A DNA stretch of 61,035 bases, filler included, from Sphacelaria rigidula (Eukaryota): assembly GCA_964200075.2 (NCBI GenBank). It is 4 parts of 4 records of this genome, joined end to end, with 100 filler letters (N's around TTAATTAATTAA, not from the genome) between each part and the next. Parts side by side here need not be neighbours in the genome. Positions count along the whole stretch, not along the records: positions 1 to 15,189 come from CAXNAA020001872.1; positions 15,290 to 30,472 come from CAXNAA020001873.1; 2 more parts are not named here. One strand, written 5' to 3'. Numbering within the stretch: position 1 is the stretch's first letter; each line of letters starts with the position of its first letter. A program made the translations under genes and the position numbers. Positions 13,601 to 24,228 of the stretch are shown piece by piece. The notes under the pieces were generated by a model. It did not search any database, was not told the origin of the DNA, and saw only the letters and a list, made by a program, of their open reading frames with translations.

Positions 13601-14535
13601 TCAAACTACGCGTCTGCCGTGTGCGGTTTTTATTTCACGCAGACCACAGCTTATGCAATGACCCGCGAGGCCAGCATGAGCGTTGATGGTGTCAGCTTAT
13701 TGCAATCGTGCACGAACGAAGACTTTTCAAGTCGTCCCCTATTGGGTCGCCGCGTTCTTTGGCTGGGAGCCTGGTCTCCTGTGGTTGCTGGTGGCAATTA
13801 TCGGCCATGGAACCTAGTCCTAATAGCTGGGGTCACTTTTCCTTCTTGTTCTACTGACAGTCGGCGCGCGTATCCACTTCGCGTCCATGGGCGACTACGG
13901 TACAGGTCATATTTCAGGTTCGATTATTTTTAGATATTGTTCCCCCTCTTGTTGTGCCGTGCTCGCCCTCCTCCGCACCCAAATCGTGGGACCATCAGAG
14001 CAGAATACTCTGGACAATCAGCCTCATCACTAGCACGGTTGGCAAGTTCCCTTCCGTCGCAAGTCAGCGCTTCGGAAACGGGAGTTGACGCAAATACAGA
14101 CACGGGGGTCACGAAAAAATGAAGTGGACAAAAAATTGCACGGCTTCGCTCTACTGCTGCGTAAAGTGAACGGCGGACTGCGCTTCATCTTGAGTTCCAA
14201 GAAAAACATAAACGCCCTACACGGACAGCACAAGAGCGCCGCAAAAGCACCTCCGAGGAGACACGGTGCCCGTAGGCTCGATCGCCATGCAAGGGAAAGG
14301 TGGTATCCGTCAACACTACAATTGGAGGTCACATTACCTGCCGAAGCACCACTTCAGCTCATGACCTGTATCTCAGCACTAGGTTCACCTGTGCCCGTCG
14401 AAGGCCAAACTCGAGCATTGTCTTCTCCGGCCCCGCAGCCACCCTTAGCCTCGCCGCGTTAGTGGCCACCAGAGAGGGATAGTTTATCAGGTTTAGCAAC
14501 GGCGTTTCCAAAAGTTGCGCTACCGCCAACGGCCC
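1637..14535 (-). CDS. NAPRT: Nicotinate phosphoribosyltransferase, spliced, 5'-partial (10 exons visible, 409 aa + stop)
   Basis: Exons in transcript order: 14389-14535, 13094-13243, 12120-12349, 10039-10207, 9715-9837, 8745-8878, 7576-7696, 3892-3924, 3217-3261, 1637-1714. All acceptors are AG and all phases are compatible (1230 nt in total). The joined translation gives family motifs [149 protein letters not shown]. No N-terminal exons were found before the contig end at 15189. Confidence 0.95.
7112..7470 (-). mobile_element. Two adjacent RTE-like LINE 3'-end fragments (~7112-7320 and ~7369-7470) in a NAPRT intron
   Basis: Plus strand reads (TTGA)n-TTGT..AACTGATC..CAGCCGTGGTCACAAGATAGA, followed by an A-rich tract; the pattern occurs twice. 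Confidence 0.7.
8967..9220 (-). mobile_element. RTE-like LINE 3'-end fragment
   Basis: (TTGA)n-GTTGTCGCAC..ACTGATC..CGGTCACGAGATAGA plus a long A-rich tract. Confidence 0.7.
10433..10690 (-). mobile_element. Diverged LINE 3'-end fragment
   Basis: ATTGATTGATTT..GACTGATT..CCAGCTGTGGTG plus an A/G-rich tract; more diverged than the other copies. Confidence 0.5.
10786..10790 (-). terminator. Pol III terminator (T5) of the tRNA-Gly gene
   Basis: TTTTT on the minus strand immediately 3' of the tRNA. Confidence 0.6.
10794..10864 (-). tRNA. tRNA-Gly(CCC), inside a NAPRT intron, same strand as the host gene
   Basis: Minus-strand sequence ACGCATG TG GTGT AGTGGTA ACAT A TAACC CTCCCAA GGTTA TGCC CGGAG TTCGATT CTCCG TATGCGT A. 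This is a complete 71-nt cloverleaf with a 7-bp acceptor stem, D arm, 5-bp anticodon stem with CCC, and a T arm with TTCGA. A TTTTT run follows 3 nt downstream. Confidence 0.88.
11435..11999. mobile_element. MITE-like element with imperfect ~40-bp terminal inverted repeats
   Basis: Left arm TAGTGGTAGGCGGTCTAACTATTTA..GCGTTTTG versus reverse complement of the right arm TAGTGGGCGGTTCAACTATTTAGGGGTGTTTTG. Confidence 0.6.
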
Positions 14536-14749
14536 CTAGCAGTCACAGTTGGTACAGCACACCCGTTCAGTCAAGTGCAGTACACAATGGGAGGGAGACG
14601 GAGAGAAGTGGTTCGTGGGGGGCATGGCGTATGTGGGGTACAAATGGGGGCGGAAGGATGTTGCACCATTGCAAATATAATTCCTACGAAACAGGTAGAT
14701 ATGACGGGAAGGAGAATGCAGCACCTGTGCATATCGGCGCACAAAATGC

Positions 14750-14890
14750 TGTTCCCCTTGGATGTGTTTATCCCGAGGCCACGGCTGGATCCCTCGGAGA
14801 AACGTCAAGGTGCGACAATCAACCGATCAAATCAATCAATCGAATGAAATCAAATCCATAAAATAAAATAAAATAAAATCAATTGATCGA
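14750..14890 (+). mobile_element. RTE-like LINE 3'-end fragment with (TCAA)n/(TAAAA)n tail
   Basis: GCCACGGCTGGATCCCTCGGAGA..GTGCGACAATCAACCGATCAAATCAATCAATC. Confidence 0.7.
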
Positions 14891-15189
14891 CCCAACAGCG
14901 TTGTGAAACACATACTTGCACTCGGCTCATTGTCGATACACCACCTATATTGTCGCGGGGTGCTTTAGTACTGTAGTATAAATAGTGTGAAACCGAGGGG
15001 CCCCATATCGGTATATCCATGCACAACCGCTACCCCCCTACCCGGTGCTGTGTGCTGTGCTCCGTCTCGAAAGGGATACGTGGTCAATGGTCAAACGACT
15101 GAGGCAAGAAACAAATGAGTACGCTTCAAAGAAAACCCACGCCCACCCCGACACCAGACAACAGAGCGAGAAGAAAGAGGAAAAACATA

Positions 15190-15289
15190 NNNNNNNNNNN
15201 NNNNNNNNNNNNNNNNNNNNNNNNNNNNNNNNNTTAATTAATTAANNNNNNNNNNNNNNNNNNNNNNNNNNNNNNNNNNNNNNNNNNNN
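15190..15289. other. Artificial contig linker (N44-TTAATTAATTAA-N44)
   Basis: 100-nt spacer with a six-frame stop cassette; identical to those at 30473 and 45756. Confidence 0.98.
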
Positions 15290-15716
15290 ACGCGGAAAAA
15301 GACCGGATATAATTTGGATGAAGCCGTTTTGATGGCCTCAAAACGAGGGCCAAACGCTGACAGAAGGCGCTTTCCTCGGCTTCCATCAGGCGTGAAGAAA
15401 AACGATACCACAATTCCCCAACCTCCTAGGAAAAACGTTAACGACATGTAGTTTTTCATCAATCAAATTCTCTATTTTGACATTCATGAAACGTTTACCG
15501 CAACGAAAATTCGATTCCAAAAGCGAAAGGTGCACTTCAGTTGTCCCACTTACTATATCTTATGTATCGTTTCCAGACGTGTCTGAAACAAACTGTGGCA
15601 TCGTTTTTCTTCACGCCTGATGGAAGCCGAGGAAAGCGCCTTCTGTCAGCGTTTGGCCCTCGTTTTGAGGCCATCAAAACGGCTTCATCCAAATTATATC
15701 CGGTCTTTTTCCGCGT
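15290..15716. mobile_element. Fold-back/MITE with perfect 117-bp inverted arms (15290-15406 and 15600-15716)
   Basis: The arms are exact reverse complements, separated by a 193-bp spacer. TA at the right end could be a target site duplication (TSD). The left arm abuts the contig start. Confidence 0.7.
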
Positions 15717-17815
15717 ACACAAAACACTTTGCCATGTTACCACACATCAGCTGCGTACAGTCAGTTACCATGAATCGCATACACTTCAAAAAGGGGAACA
15801 CGATCATGCGCCGTAGGAGAAGAAACTGAGCTGATACTGTGGGCATGACAGCTCTGGAAGCGCAGGATTGGACCCTCAACGAACGAACCTGTCGCGACAA
15901 CACGGTAATCTAAAAGCTCACACATGTATCTTACGATTTCTGTCCTGTAGCTAACTTGTGTTGTCAATAGAGCCGTGTCTTCTCGGCACGTGTGACATAC
16001 TCCCCGTCTCTTCCCTCGCTTGTGCGGAGCTTGGTGAGAAAAAAACGACACCTGTATGTACCAATATGGACCTCTCTCTGGGCTGGCTGCTGCTGCGCTC
16101 CTTGCAGCCTAACCCAAGCTGTCTCAGGCAACACTTGTTCGGTCAGCGCTCGACGGCGTAGGCCACAAATGAAACGGCGAGTAATCCGTATGTTACGAGA
16201 TTGCCCTTGCTCGTGGTGCAACTACAATATCTCGCGCCAGGCATTCACTTGTGGCAATCTTGGCAGTGTGAAGGACGATCGATCAATTGAAGGCACTACT
16301 CTTCCCGACAGTGCGCATTCATTGTACATAAAAAGCGTCCGGCAACTCACAGCTTTTAGTGCGCTAGCCTCCATGTTGGCCACGCCAGCAGCAGCTTAAC
16401 CACCGCCAGAAGTATATTTTGCTTCGCTAGGTATGCCAAGAACAGGCCCCGTAGTCGTGCGTGTTATACTACATCGCCCTAACCCAAGTCTGTATTACTG
16501 CACTTGCGGCAAGCCGTACAGGACACTTACAATAACACTCCTCACACGCGGTCGGATCTTGGCGCAACTGCCATTGCTCGCACGTGTGTACGTGAGAATG
16601 GTAGCGGTGACGGGAACATCGTCCTGTTTTTTCGAGGACGTGTTCAGTAACGCACAGAGGCACGCCCTGTCCAAAGAGAGAGAGGCAGAAATGGATTGAT
16701 CTTTACACTGGTCGGCGCGACAGGGAAAACACGAATACATCAGTCAAGGTACGGCAAGCCAATCCAGACCCTCTTTCTGTGGACTGTACAGCTAACCCCC
16801 TACCGTTGTTATGCCGACGGAAGGGTTTACAAGTGGTGGTGTGCGTAGTGGTAACCTGGTGCCAATCTCTCGAGTGATTGGGAATCGCCGAACGAAGACA
16901 CACAGAGGACACGGGCGAGGAGTTTCGTCTCCGCTATTGCTCCTCCGGTATCATTGTCATCGTCATGCGTGCACACCGAATTGGGTGTACTGAGCCGCAT
17001 CTGCTCGACGTTTGACACAAATACACAAGCTGGAAATGGTTTTCCTGACCGAAACTGTTTTGGCGGGAAATGCGGAAATGCGGACGTAGGTTGGATCAAC
17101 CTCACCGCGATGTGGAACGGCATGTTCGAGGAGACTCTGTTTTTTCGGAGGAGTGTGGGGGATCGGGTTAACAGGGGTAGGTGTAGATGTACTGGCACCC
17201 ACAAATCGTTCAGATACCAGTAAATGTTCATTTGTAATCCTTCATTCATGTCATCATACTACGCTGTTCATCCCCGGAAGCTTGTATGTTGTTATCTTAG
17301 TTTTTGTCTACGAAGGAGAAGGAACGAGAAGAGTTTCGATTCGCAGGACGTCCAAGTGTGTGAGAACGTCATTATGTAGTCTTGAACCTGTAGCAGCAAG
17401 TACCACCGTCTTTTCTCTCCTCGATGTTCACGCACTAACAACAAAGAAAGGTTGGCCCGCCGAAACCACGACACGTATGAACACCCAAAGTGAGAGGGAG
17501 TCACACCTTAAGCGGCCGCCTTTTTGGTTACTCTGAGCTCGCGCGTGTTTCACTGACAGAGTTTATTTCAAGAGTACAGAGAGAAATTTTAATAGCGGCA
17601 CCAAAACAAGGACATGTACTCGGCAACGCAGCACTCGTGCTGCCAATGCGGAACACACGCACACGCTTACACCCATCAATTGTTTCATCTCCATCAACCC
17701 TTCGGGTATCTCCGCTACAAGCCTATACATGTCAACGCAAGTGCTCTGTGTCTTGGTTTCAATATGCTAATGCTGCGCTGATAGCGATCCCGTAATCGAG
17801 ATCGCAGCCGAGGTG

Positions 17816-18028
17816 TCAAGAAACGTCGTCTTCGTCATCGTACCTAAACTCGCTGACATTGTAGAGGTAAAAGTTGTCGACGCTGTCTTGGTCGCTGCGT
17901 GAGTCCCAGTTCAGCGGGGAAGGGGGCATATCCATCAGCAACTCATCCATCTCGACCGTATAGTCTTCCATATTCATGCCTCCCGTAAAATTGAGTTCCA
18001 CGAAGTCGGTGAGGGGATCCATCGAGCT
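17816..18028 (-). CDS. Putative terminal coding exon of an unidentified gene or pseudogene (acidic peptide)
   Basis: A pyrimidine-rich ..CCCCCCCACGCAG acceptor is followed by SSMDPLTDFVELNFTGGMNMEDYTVEMDELLMDMPPSPLNWDSRSDQDSVDNFYLYNVSEFRYDDEDDVS*. The composition is protein-like, but no family was recognised. Confidence 0.35.
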   Translation of the reverse strand, partial: SSMDPLTDFVELNFTGGMNMEDYTVEMDELLMDMPPSPLNWDSRSDQDSVDNFYLYNVSEFRYDDEDDVS

Positions 18029-18119
18029 CTGCGTGGGGGGGTTGTCGTCATACAGAGAGGTGAAAAAAAATCGTGAAAGTCGAGTGGCTGCGCTAGTATT
18101 GATTCACTGGTTAACTATC

Positions 18120-20010
18120 AAGAAGTGCAAGGCAGGCATCGGGGAATAAAGGGGCTAGTCGATCACCTGAGACGAGGGACTCGTCCCGAGAGAGTGCAGA
18201 GGTTGGAACGAAACTAAAAGATCAAGAAAAAAGTTGACACTTATGAAGAGGGGTGGTTAAGGAGGGGCTCATACGTGTAAACGACATCAGAATGGTATCG
18301 TCGCTGTGTCCCCACTGCCGTAGTCCACGGAGTCCACAAACGTTTCCGGTAAGCAGGGGGATTTCTCAGGGAGGATCGTGTTAAGACTAAGACCTTTTAT
18401 TACCCGAGCTGTGCGCGAGATGGCCAACGCGAGCGTATCGAGCGAAGGCTCTCACTCGCGGGGGCCCTTGTCCGGCAGCACGCAACGCACCTCTCGAAGC
18501 GCGTTGTGTTCAGATAGTGAGCGGCACAAGGGCCCAAGAAGGCTGTTCGGCCTTCCACACGTTAGGGGAGGGCGCCTCTAGGAGGACCTGCGTGCGCTCG
18601 GGGCAGTCTTTCGCAATAGAAAACGAAGGAAATGGTTCGTGTACAGTACAGATGTCAAAGACTGATGAAGTTGGATCACTGCCGGAAAGAAAGAGGGCAG
18701 AGAAGAGTGGGGAGTCGAGGAAGGGGCAGCGAAGTCCGGAGAGGCGTGGTAACGCGAAGACTTGCGCCGATCCAACCTAACCCAGCAGCAAGAGCCTGTC
18801 ACGTTGAAAGCCGCCGGCAGGAGTGTCGCCACCGCTCACGCAACAACAGCAACAGCTTGCGAGGAACCCAACTTGGAAGTAATCGAGAGAATGGTCTACC
18901 TCGTGTCCGACCGGGGATGTGTGAGGGAGGTGAGGGTGAAACGGAAACCGATAAATCCCTGCCTTATCTTATCCGTTGTCGACTACTTTCCTCGGCTTTC
19001 GATCTTGCCGATGTTCACTAGTGTCATCCTATGCATGTTCTGCTTCGTCCTCGGGTCCATGCCTTCGTTAAGTCTGTATTTCCCTGCTTGCTCTTTTTCC
19101 TCCTTCTCCTATCTTTTTCTCCTGTGTTTAGTCTGGCCTAATTTAGGTTGTCTCAGCAGTATTTGTGTGCCACCCCTGCAGAGCTCGAGGGTACGAGGCT
19201 ATGCCCGAACAGTGTGGTTTCCAAGTAGCTGACACCCTGTTTCCACTTTTGTTTTTGTTTCGTTGCTTTGTATTTTCATACGACCTTCCCACCTGAAGCT
19301 GTGCAGCACGGGGCATATCTTGTCTATTTTTTCTGTGCTTGCTATTGTCATTGTCACTGTCATTGTCACTGTCATTGCCAATGTGAATATTTAGTTATCA
19401 TTATTACATCAATATTAACATTAACATTGATAATAATAATGACAATGGCAACGATAATAGTGATATTAACAATATTAGCGAAAGAAGAATAGTAATACCA
19501 ATTTTGTCACTATTATCATCATTGTCACCATCGTTCTCACGTCTTTCATAATTTTGTTTTTTACACATGTTCCCTCATAACTCCGCACTGATCATGTCGA
19601 TTTTATATCTTTTTGCACCGAAATTCCCGTCGGATCACGGGCTTTCAGGGGAGTGACGGCCATTCCAGACGATTCGACCGTCTTGACGTGAATAAGAAAA
19701 AACTCCCCCTTCCGTAAAATAATAATTCTCTAATCCATCGAACATGTGTTCCTCTGCGGCATTTGTTTGCGCATTTTCCCTATTATTCTCTTTTCCTTTC
19801 CTTCCCTCCCTTCTCCCACCCTTTGGTATTTTTCGTCAGCGTTGTTTCCCGATTTCTCACTCCACACCGTTTTTTCTTTCTTCTTGTTCGTAATTTCTGA
19901 ACTTCCCGCCAGCGACTGTATCAATTTCGCTTACCTCAAGCACACATATCTAATGACCACGGCTGGGTTCCGCGGGGATCACTTCATATGCGACAATCAA
20001 TAAAAAAATC
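18120..20010 (+). mobile_element. Decayed 5'-truncated RTE-like LINE (ORF C-terminus + 3' UTR + tail)
   Basis: 18710-18970 aligns with the reverse complement of 58860-59110 (GTCGAGGAAGGGG..CGAAGAC-TGCGCCGATC..AGCAAGAG). It ends in GACCACGGCTGGGTTCC..ATGCGACAATCAAT at ~19955-20000. Confidence 0.65.
19340..19535. repeat. Simple/low-complexity repeat: (TGTCAY)n followed by a TAA/ATT-rich tract
   Basis: TGTCATTGTCACTGTCATTGTCACTGTCATTG and ATAATAATAATGACAATGGCAACGATAATAG. Confidence 0.8.
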
Positions 20011-20789
20011 ATTGTTGGGGGTGGTGAAAGGAATGGGCTCCATCTTTTTTGTGAAGAAGGTTCTGCACTGCTCATATTCCGTTCGCCGAAATCCTTGACG
20101 AAACTCGCCCCGCGGCCCCATCTCTGGTCGTGCGACCGTCGCAGTTCACAAGGAAATCGAAGTTGGGTATCTTTTTATGCCCGGTGTCATCGTTTGTGAC
20201 CTACGATAGGCGGCTGATGAAACCAGACGACGAGACAGCGAACAACGCTGGTTTTATTTTTTGCAACGACCAAATCAAGGATATCATGTCTAGTAGCCCG
20301 TCTAAATAACGCTGTCTTGAAGGATGGTATTCAGCTGGGTGACATAGACCCAAGGAACAACCTGAACGAAGCAAACGCGTAACGACAACTTCACACCCTT
20401 GCAGTTTACACCTGAGATCGTGGAAAGAACGCGTGAACATTTCAAGCAGGATACTTGTGGCATGAATGTGTCTCTCGTATCTAACAGAAACTAACTGAAG
20501 AAACTTCGTTTTCTTTAATCTTCACATATATGCCACCCAATAAGACGGACTCAAACTTCCCTCAAACCGATGATTTCCCTGTCATTAGCGTACCTTTTGT
20601 CTCAGCGTGTACCTAATACCTTCGGATTCCGACTAGCTGATAGCTCGAAAGGCGTCCCCACGACAAGCACGGATTATGTCTTTTTTCTGTAGGGACATGG
20701 AATATTTTCGTGTAGGTACTTGCGAAGACAGGTCTACTCCGAAACGGATTTCGCAGTTCGTAGACCAGCACCGCAAGTTTACCTTGCGT

Positions 20790-20882
20790 ATTTCCTGTTT
20801 GCCTTGGGTGCGTCTACCTTACGACTGACCACGGCTGGATTCCTCACCGAGCGGTTAATATGCGACAACCAATCAATCAACC
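20790..20882 (+). mobile_element. RTE-like LINE 3'-end fragment
   Basis: GCGTCTACC..GACCACGGCTGGATTCC..ATGCGACAACCAATCAATCAA. Confidence 0.7.
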
Positions 20883-21311
20883 ACTCCACAACACCCCGGC
20901 AACTCCTAAACACTGAGATAGCGAACACCAAAGCAAAGAGATGACACACGGACACCACGGAAACACGAGTTCCTGAACCTTTCTCCGCAACAAGGGTGTA
21001 GGCGAAAACGGCTGATGATGCAGCCACCAAGAAGACGTACGTATAAACAGTCGATTACCAAAGTGCTCAGTCGACGGTTTGTGCAGAGTCAAGTATCAGA
21101 CGGTTACATGAACACATAATATGGGTTTGGGTTATTGCCGGTGTGAATCGTGTCCCTGATGCCCCGTTGGGCCGCTTATACTTTGCAAATCGTTCCCCGC
21201 ACTACTTGTACTGTTCTACGGCTGCGGTCACCTCACTTCACGGCAGTCACGCAGATCCACACGCAAGATAGAGTATAGCTTCTGCGCCAGTACTACACGT
21301 ATGTTACACCA

Positions 21312-21533
21312 AGAAAGAGTTTTGGAAACGCGTTTTTCTTTACGGCCAGCGTAACGCCTGTCAGTTTCTATATCTCATAAAGTTGACACCTGCGAACACG
21401 TTTTGTGTTTGCACAAAACATGGGAAGAAGCAGGGCAGCGAAGACGTTGCGAGTTTGCGCACCTGTCAAGTTCAAGAGATACTTACGCCGACAGAAGTTT
21501 ACGCCGAGAGAAAAGCGTTTTCCCAAACTTTCT
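21312..21533. mobile_element. Old MITE-like element with imperfect ~75-bp inverted arms
   Basis: AGAAAGAGTTTTGGAAACGC..TATCTC..AAGTTGACA versus reverse complement AGAAAGTTTGGGAAAACGC..TATCTC..AACTTGACA. Confidence 0.55.
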
Positions 21534-21930
21534 AATGACTGTTTTGGGAGAAAGCAGGGCGGCAGAGGCGTGCGAGGGATACCGCGACTACCTTAGTTAT
21601 CGAATAAATGGATTCGAATGCTGGAAACAAATAGCAGTAAGTAAGTCGCTGCCGCTCGTATATTTGAGCGCATGGATCTTTGCAATGTGTCGTACAACAG
21701 GTGCAGGACAGTGCATGTTGCAGGGTTGATCGGTTCAGTAGTTATACCCATTCATTCACTTCATCCTTCTTCTTGTAATTTTTCACGCCTTTTCTGCATC
21801 TGAAGGGCTTGTGGCTGGACTTGTCCCAGAAGCCATGCCTAGTGTCCCGTGCCGACATTGACGCATCGCCTGTACCCTGCGGTCTGCGCTGAACTAGTAG
21901 GCGGAATATCTCATCACGCTAGCGTTCAAC

Positions 21931-23115
21931 ATGATCGAGGAGGGCAAAACAAACGCGTCATTGGAGGAACATGTCGGTGAAAATCGTGATCGGCTCAGCT
22001 ATGTTGTGGAGAATACCGAACTACAATTAACGCAGATTCAGACAATCACGCGGCTCCTCGGGAGCCTGACGGCGGAAAGAGGACGGCAGTCGCCTGCGGC
22101 AGCTCACACTGACAGTGTAAATACCGGGTGGTGGGTATCTGACACTGAAACCGTGGGTACTGGTGCGAATAATGGAAACAAAATGTGTACAGCGGCAGGT
22201 GGCGACTACTTGCACAGCAGACCGCAAGTAGCGCTTACTTCGGGGTGGAGCGAAGGCCGCGTCAAGTACCACATGCTCAGTAGTGCTGTAGAAGACTATA
22301 GCAACCGATACAGGGAGATACTCCGGTTGCTGAATAGGAACAGGAGGCGGAGATATGCCCTGATGCGAGATGATGATATCATGGTCGAGCCGCTCGACAT
22401 GCAACAACTCACAAGAACGTTTTGCATGCTTGAGATCAACCACGCTCAAGAGGTGTTGGTTGTGCTTTTCAGCGAGGTTGCGACACAAGCAATCGAAACA
22501 TCATTTTCGTGGCAGGGAGCCCGAGCGCCGCGTGGAGGAAACTGCCGAAGTGCTTCGAGTGTCATACTATTCAAGCAGTGAATCAACCGCTAAAGCGACA
22601 CAACCGCGGTTCTCTAGGCGTGGGTGAGGGCCCGATCGAGCTGATGGCGGACATCGACAGCATGCAAGCCAAGATCCGTGTATTATCTGCGAGTTATGCG
22701 TCCAAGCCGCGAGGATGTGAATGTACGTGTCATAGCACCTGTGACATCAAATCCTGACTATAAAATAGAGACCGGCACGATGGGTCATGACGGCAGTGTG
22801 ACTTGTGCTGAATTGATTCGCACCATAGTGTCTCGATAAAGTCGACTGTTCGAGGTTATGAATGCAACGAAAGAGGAGGCTGATGCAGCAAAGAAGGCTG
22901 CTGGATCACTCAAACCCCTCCTTGCAGCAAAAAACGGACGGGAAGGTGGCGCGAAGAGCAAACTTGAATACCGGGATTGTGGTAAGTTGGGCCATGTAAG
23001 GTCGCAGTGCAAGGCCATCTGTGCGACTTGTGGAGGAAAACGTCGCGGTGCAAAGATATACCGGTACAGAACTTCCGAAAGGGGAGTTCGTGCGCCTCAG
23101 CGTGAAGAAAGTTGA
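21931..23115 (+). pseudogene. Decayed gag-like ORF of a retrotransposon (zinc-knuckle remnant)
   Basis: An intronless 216-aa ORF is followed by broken frames ending in YRDCGKLGHVRSQC-KAI-CATCGG. This is a CX2CX4HX4C knuckle with the first Cys replaced by Tyr, plus a second Cys pair. A G-rich purine tract follows at ~23437-23460. Confidence 0.55.
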
Positions 23116-24228
23116 TGGCTTTGAGACGCAGGAGAGTTGTCACGATATCTCCGGGATGGACCCAACAGACGGCACCTTTCCCGGCGCGTTTTAGCCGCTT
23201 TGAGGGATTGAAAACCCTTCGACAAGTTTGGGGCGGGTTCTTGGTTTCGTCAGTGCCTGGGTTGGGACCCGGTTCTGACCCGACAGTTCTTCAACGATTC
23301 TGCAGAGCATTTAGCGCTTACCTGTGCCGAACGCACGCTCGCCTTGGGTTCCGTAAAGACGTCTGAGTACTCCGTGATGGGGTCGCTCACTTCCCGTAGG
23401 AAGCTGCTCATGTTAAATATCTACAAGATGAGGAACGTGGGGTGGGGGGGGTGGGGGGGTTAATGAGAGGAGTAGATAAACACGAAATTGCACGATATCA
23501 TCATGAACTCCCGCAACATGAGGAGGGGAGAGGAGAGGGTACCGACAGACGTTTCGTTCACTTTACGATTCATAGCACTAGTATGCTAGAAAAAAGCAAT
23601 CCCTGCAGTCTTTCAAAGTGTAGCCTTCAGTGTGTCATGTGGATTATTGATATCAATGTACCACATATCAGAAATTACTCTCAAGATAGACATTCGAGGA
23701 AATGTGTCCATTATCGTACATACTCGTCTGACTCACAATATATATGCATTCGAGGTTCCACCATAGTTTAGTGGGTTGCCATCATGACATAGCGGTACGA
23801 TAGAACTCCGAACGTTTATGCTCAAAGGATAGCGGACTAGACAGACCGCGAGCAAATTTGAACGCTCTCCCATGGGCGCAGATCTAAGGGGGGCGCACTA
23901 TCGCAGGGTTCCCACTGCTATAGTAGAAAATGAGCCCCTTTTTTTAGAAAAACCTCTGTTACGAAGGATAAGCAACTGAATGTCACCCCCCCTGTCATTT
24001 TCGTACTCACAGTCCTAATTACTCCACGAAGCTGGGTTTTTCTCTCTTCTCTCTCAGTCCCTTGCTTTCTCACACATCGCTTGCGGAAGGATATCATCCC
24101 TCGTTCGCCCAGACAATGTTTTTGAAGCAAATCATGTCCTTCTACTTGCTAGCCATGAGAATGCTAAACAAATCATGTATTTACCGCAGGAGCACTCGTA
24201 CATTTAGTATAATCAAGTCATCTTCTAT

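Noticed and set aside
15234..15245. TTAATTAATTAA as a biological palindrome or piggyBac site (also at 30517 and 45800)
   Set aside because: It is centred in fixed N runs and is a synthetic six-frame stop linker.
19268..19492. ORF with CHCHCH metal-binding repeats and a hydrophobic tail
   Set aside because: It is a translation of the (TGTCAY)n microsatellite and low-complexity DNA.
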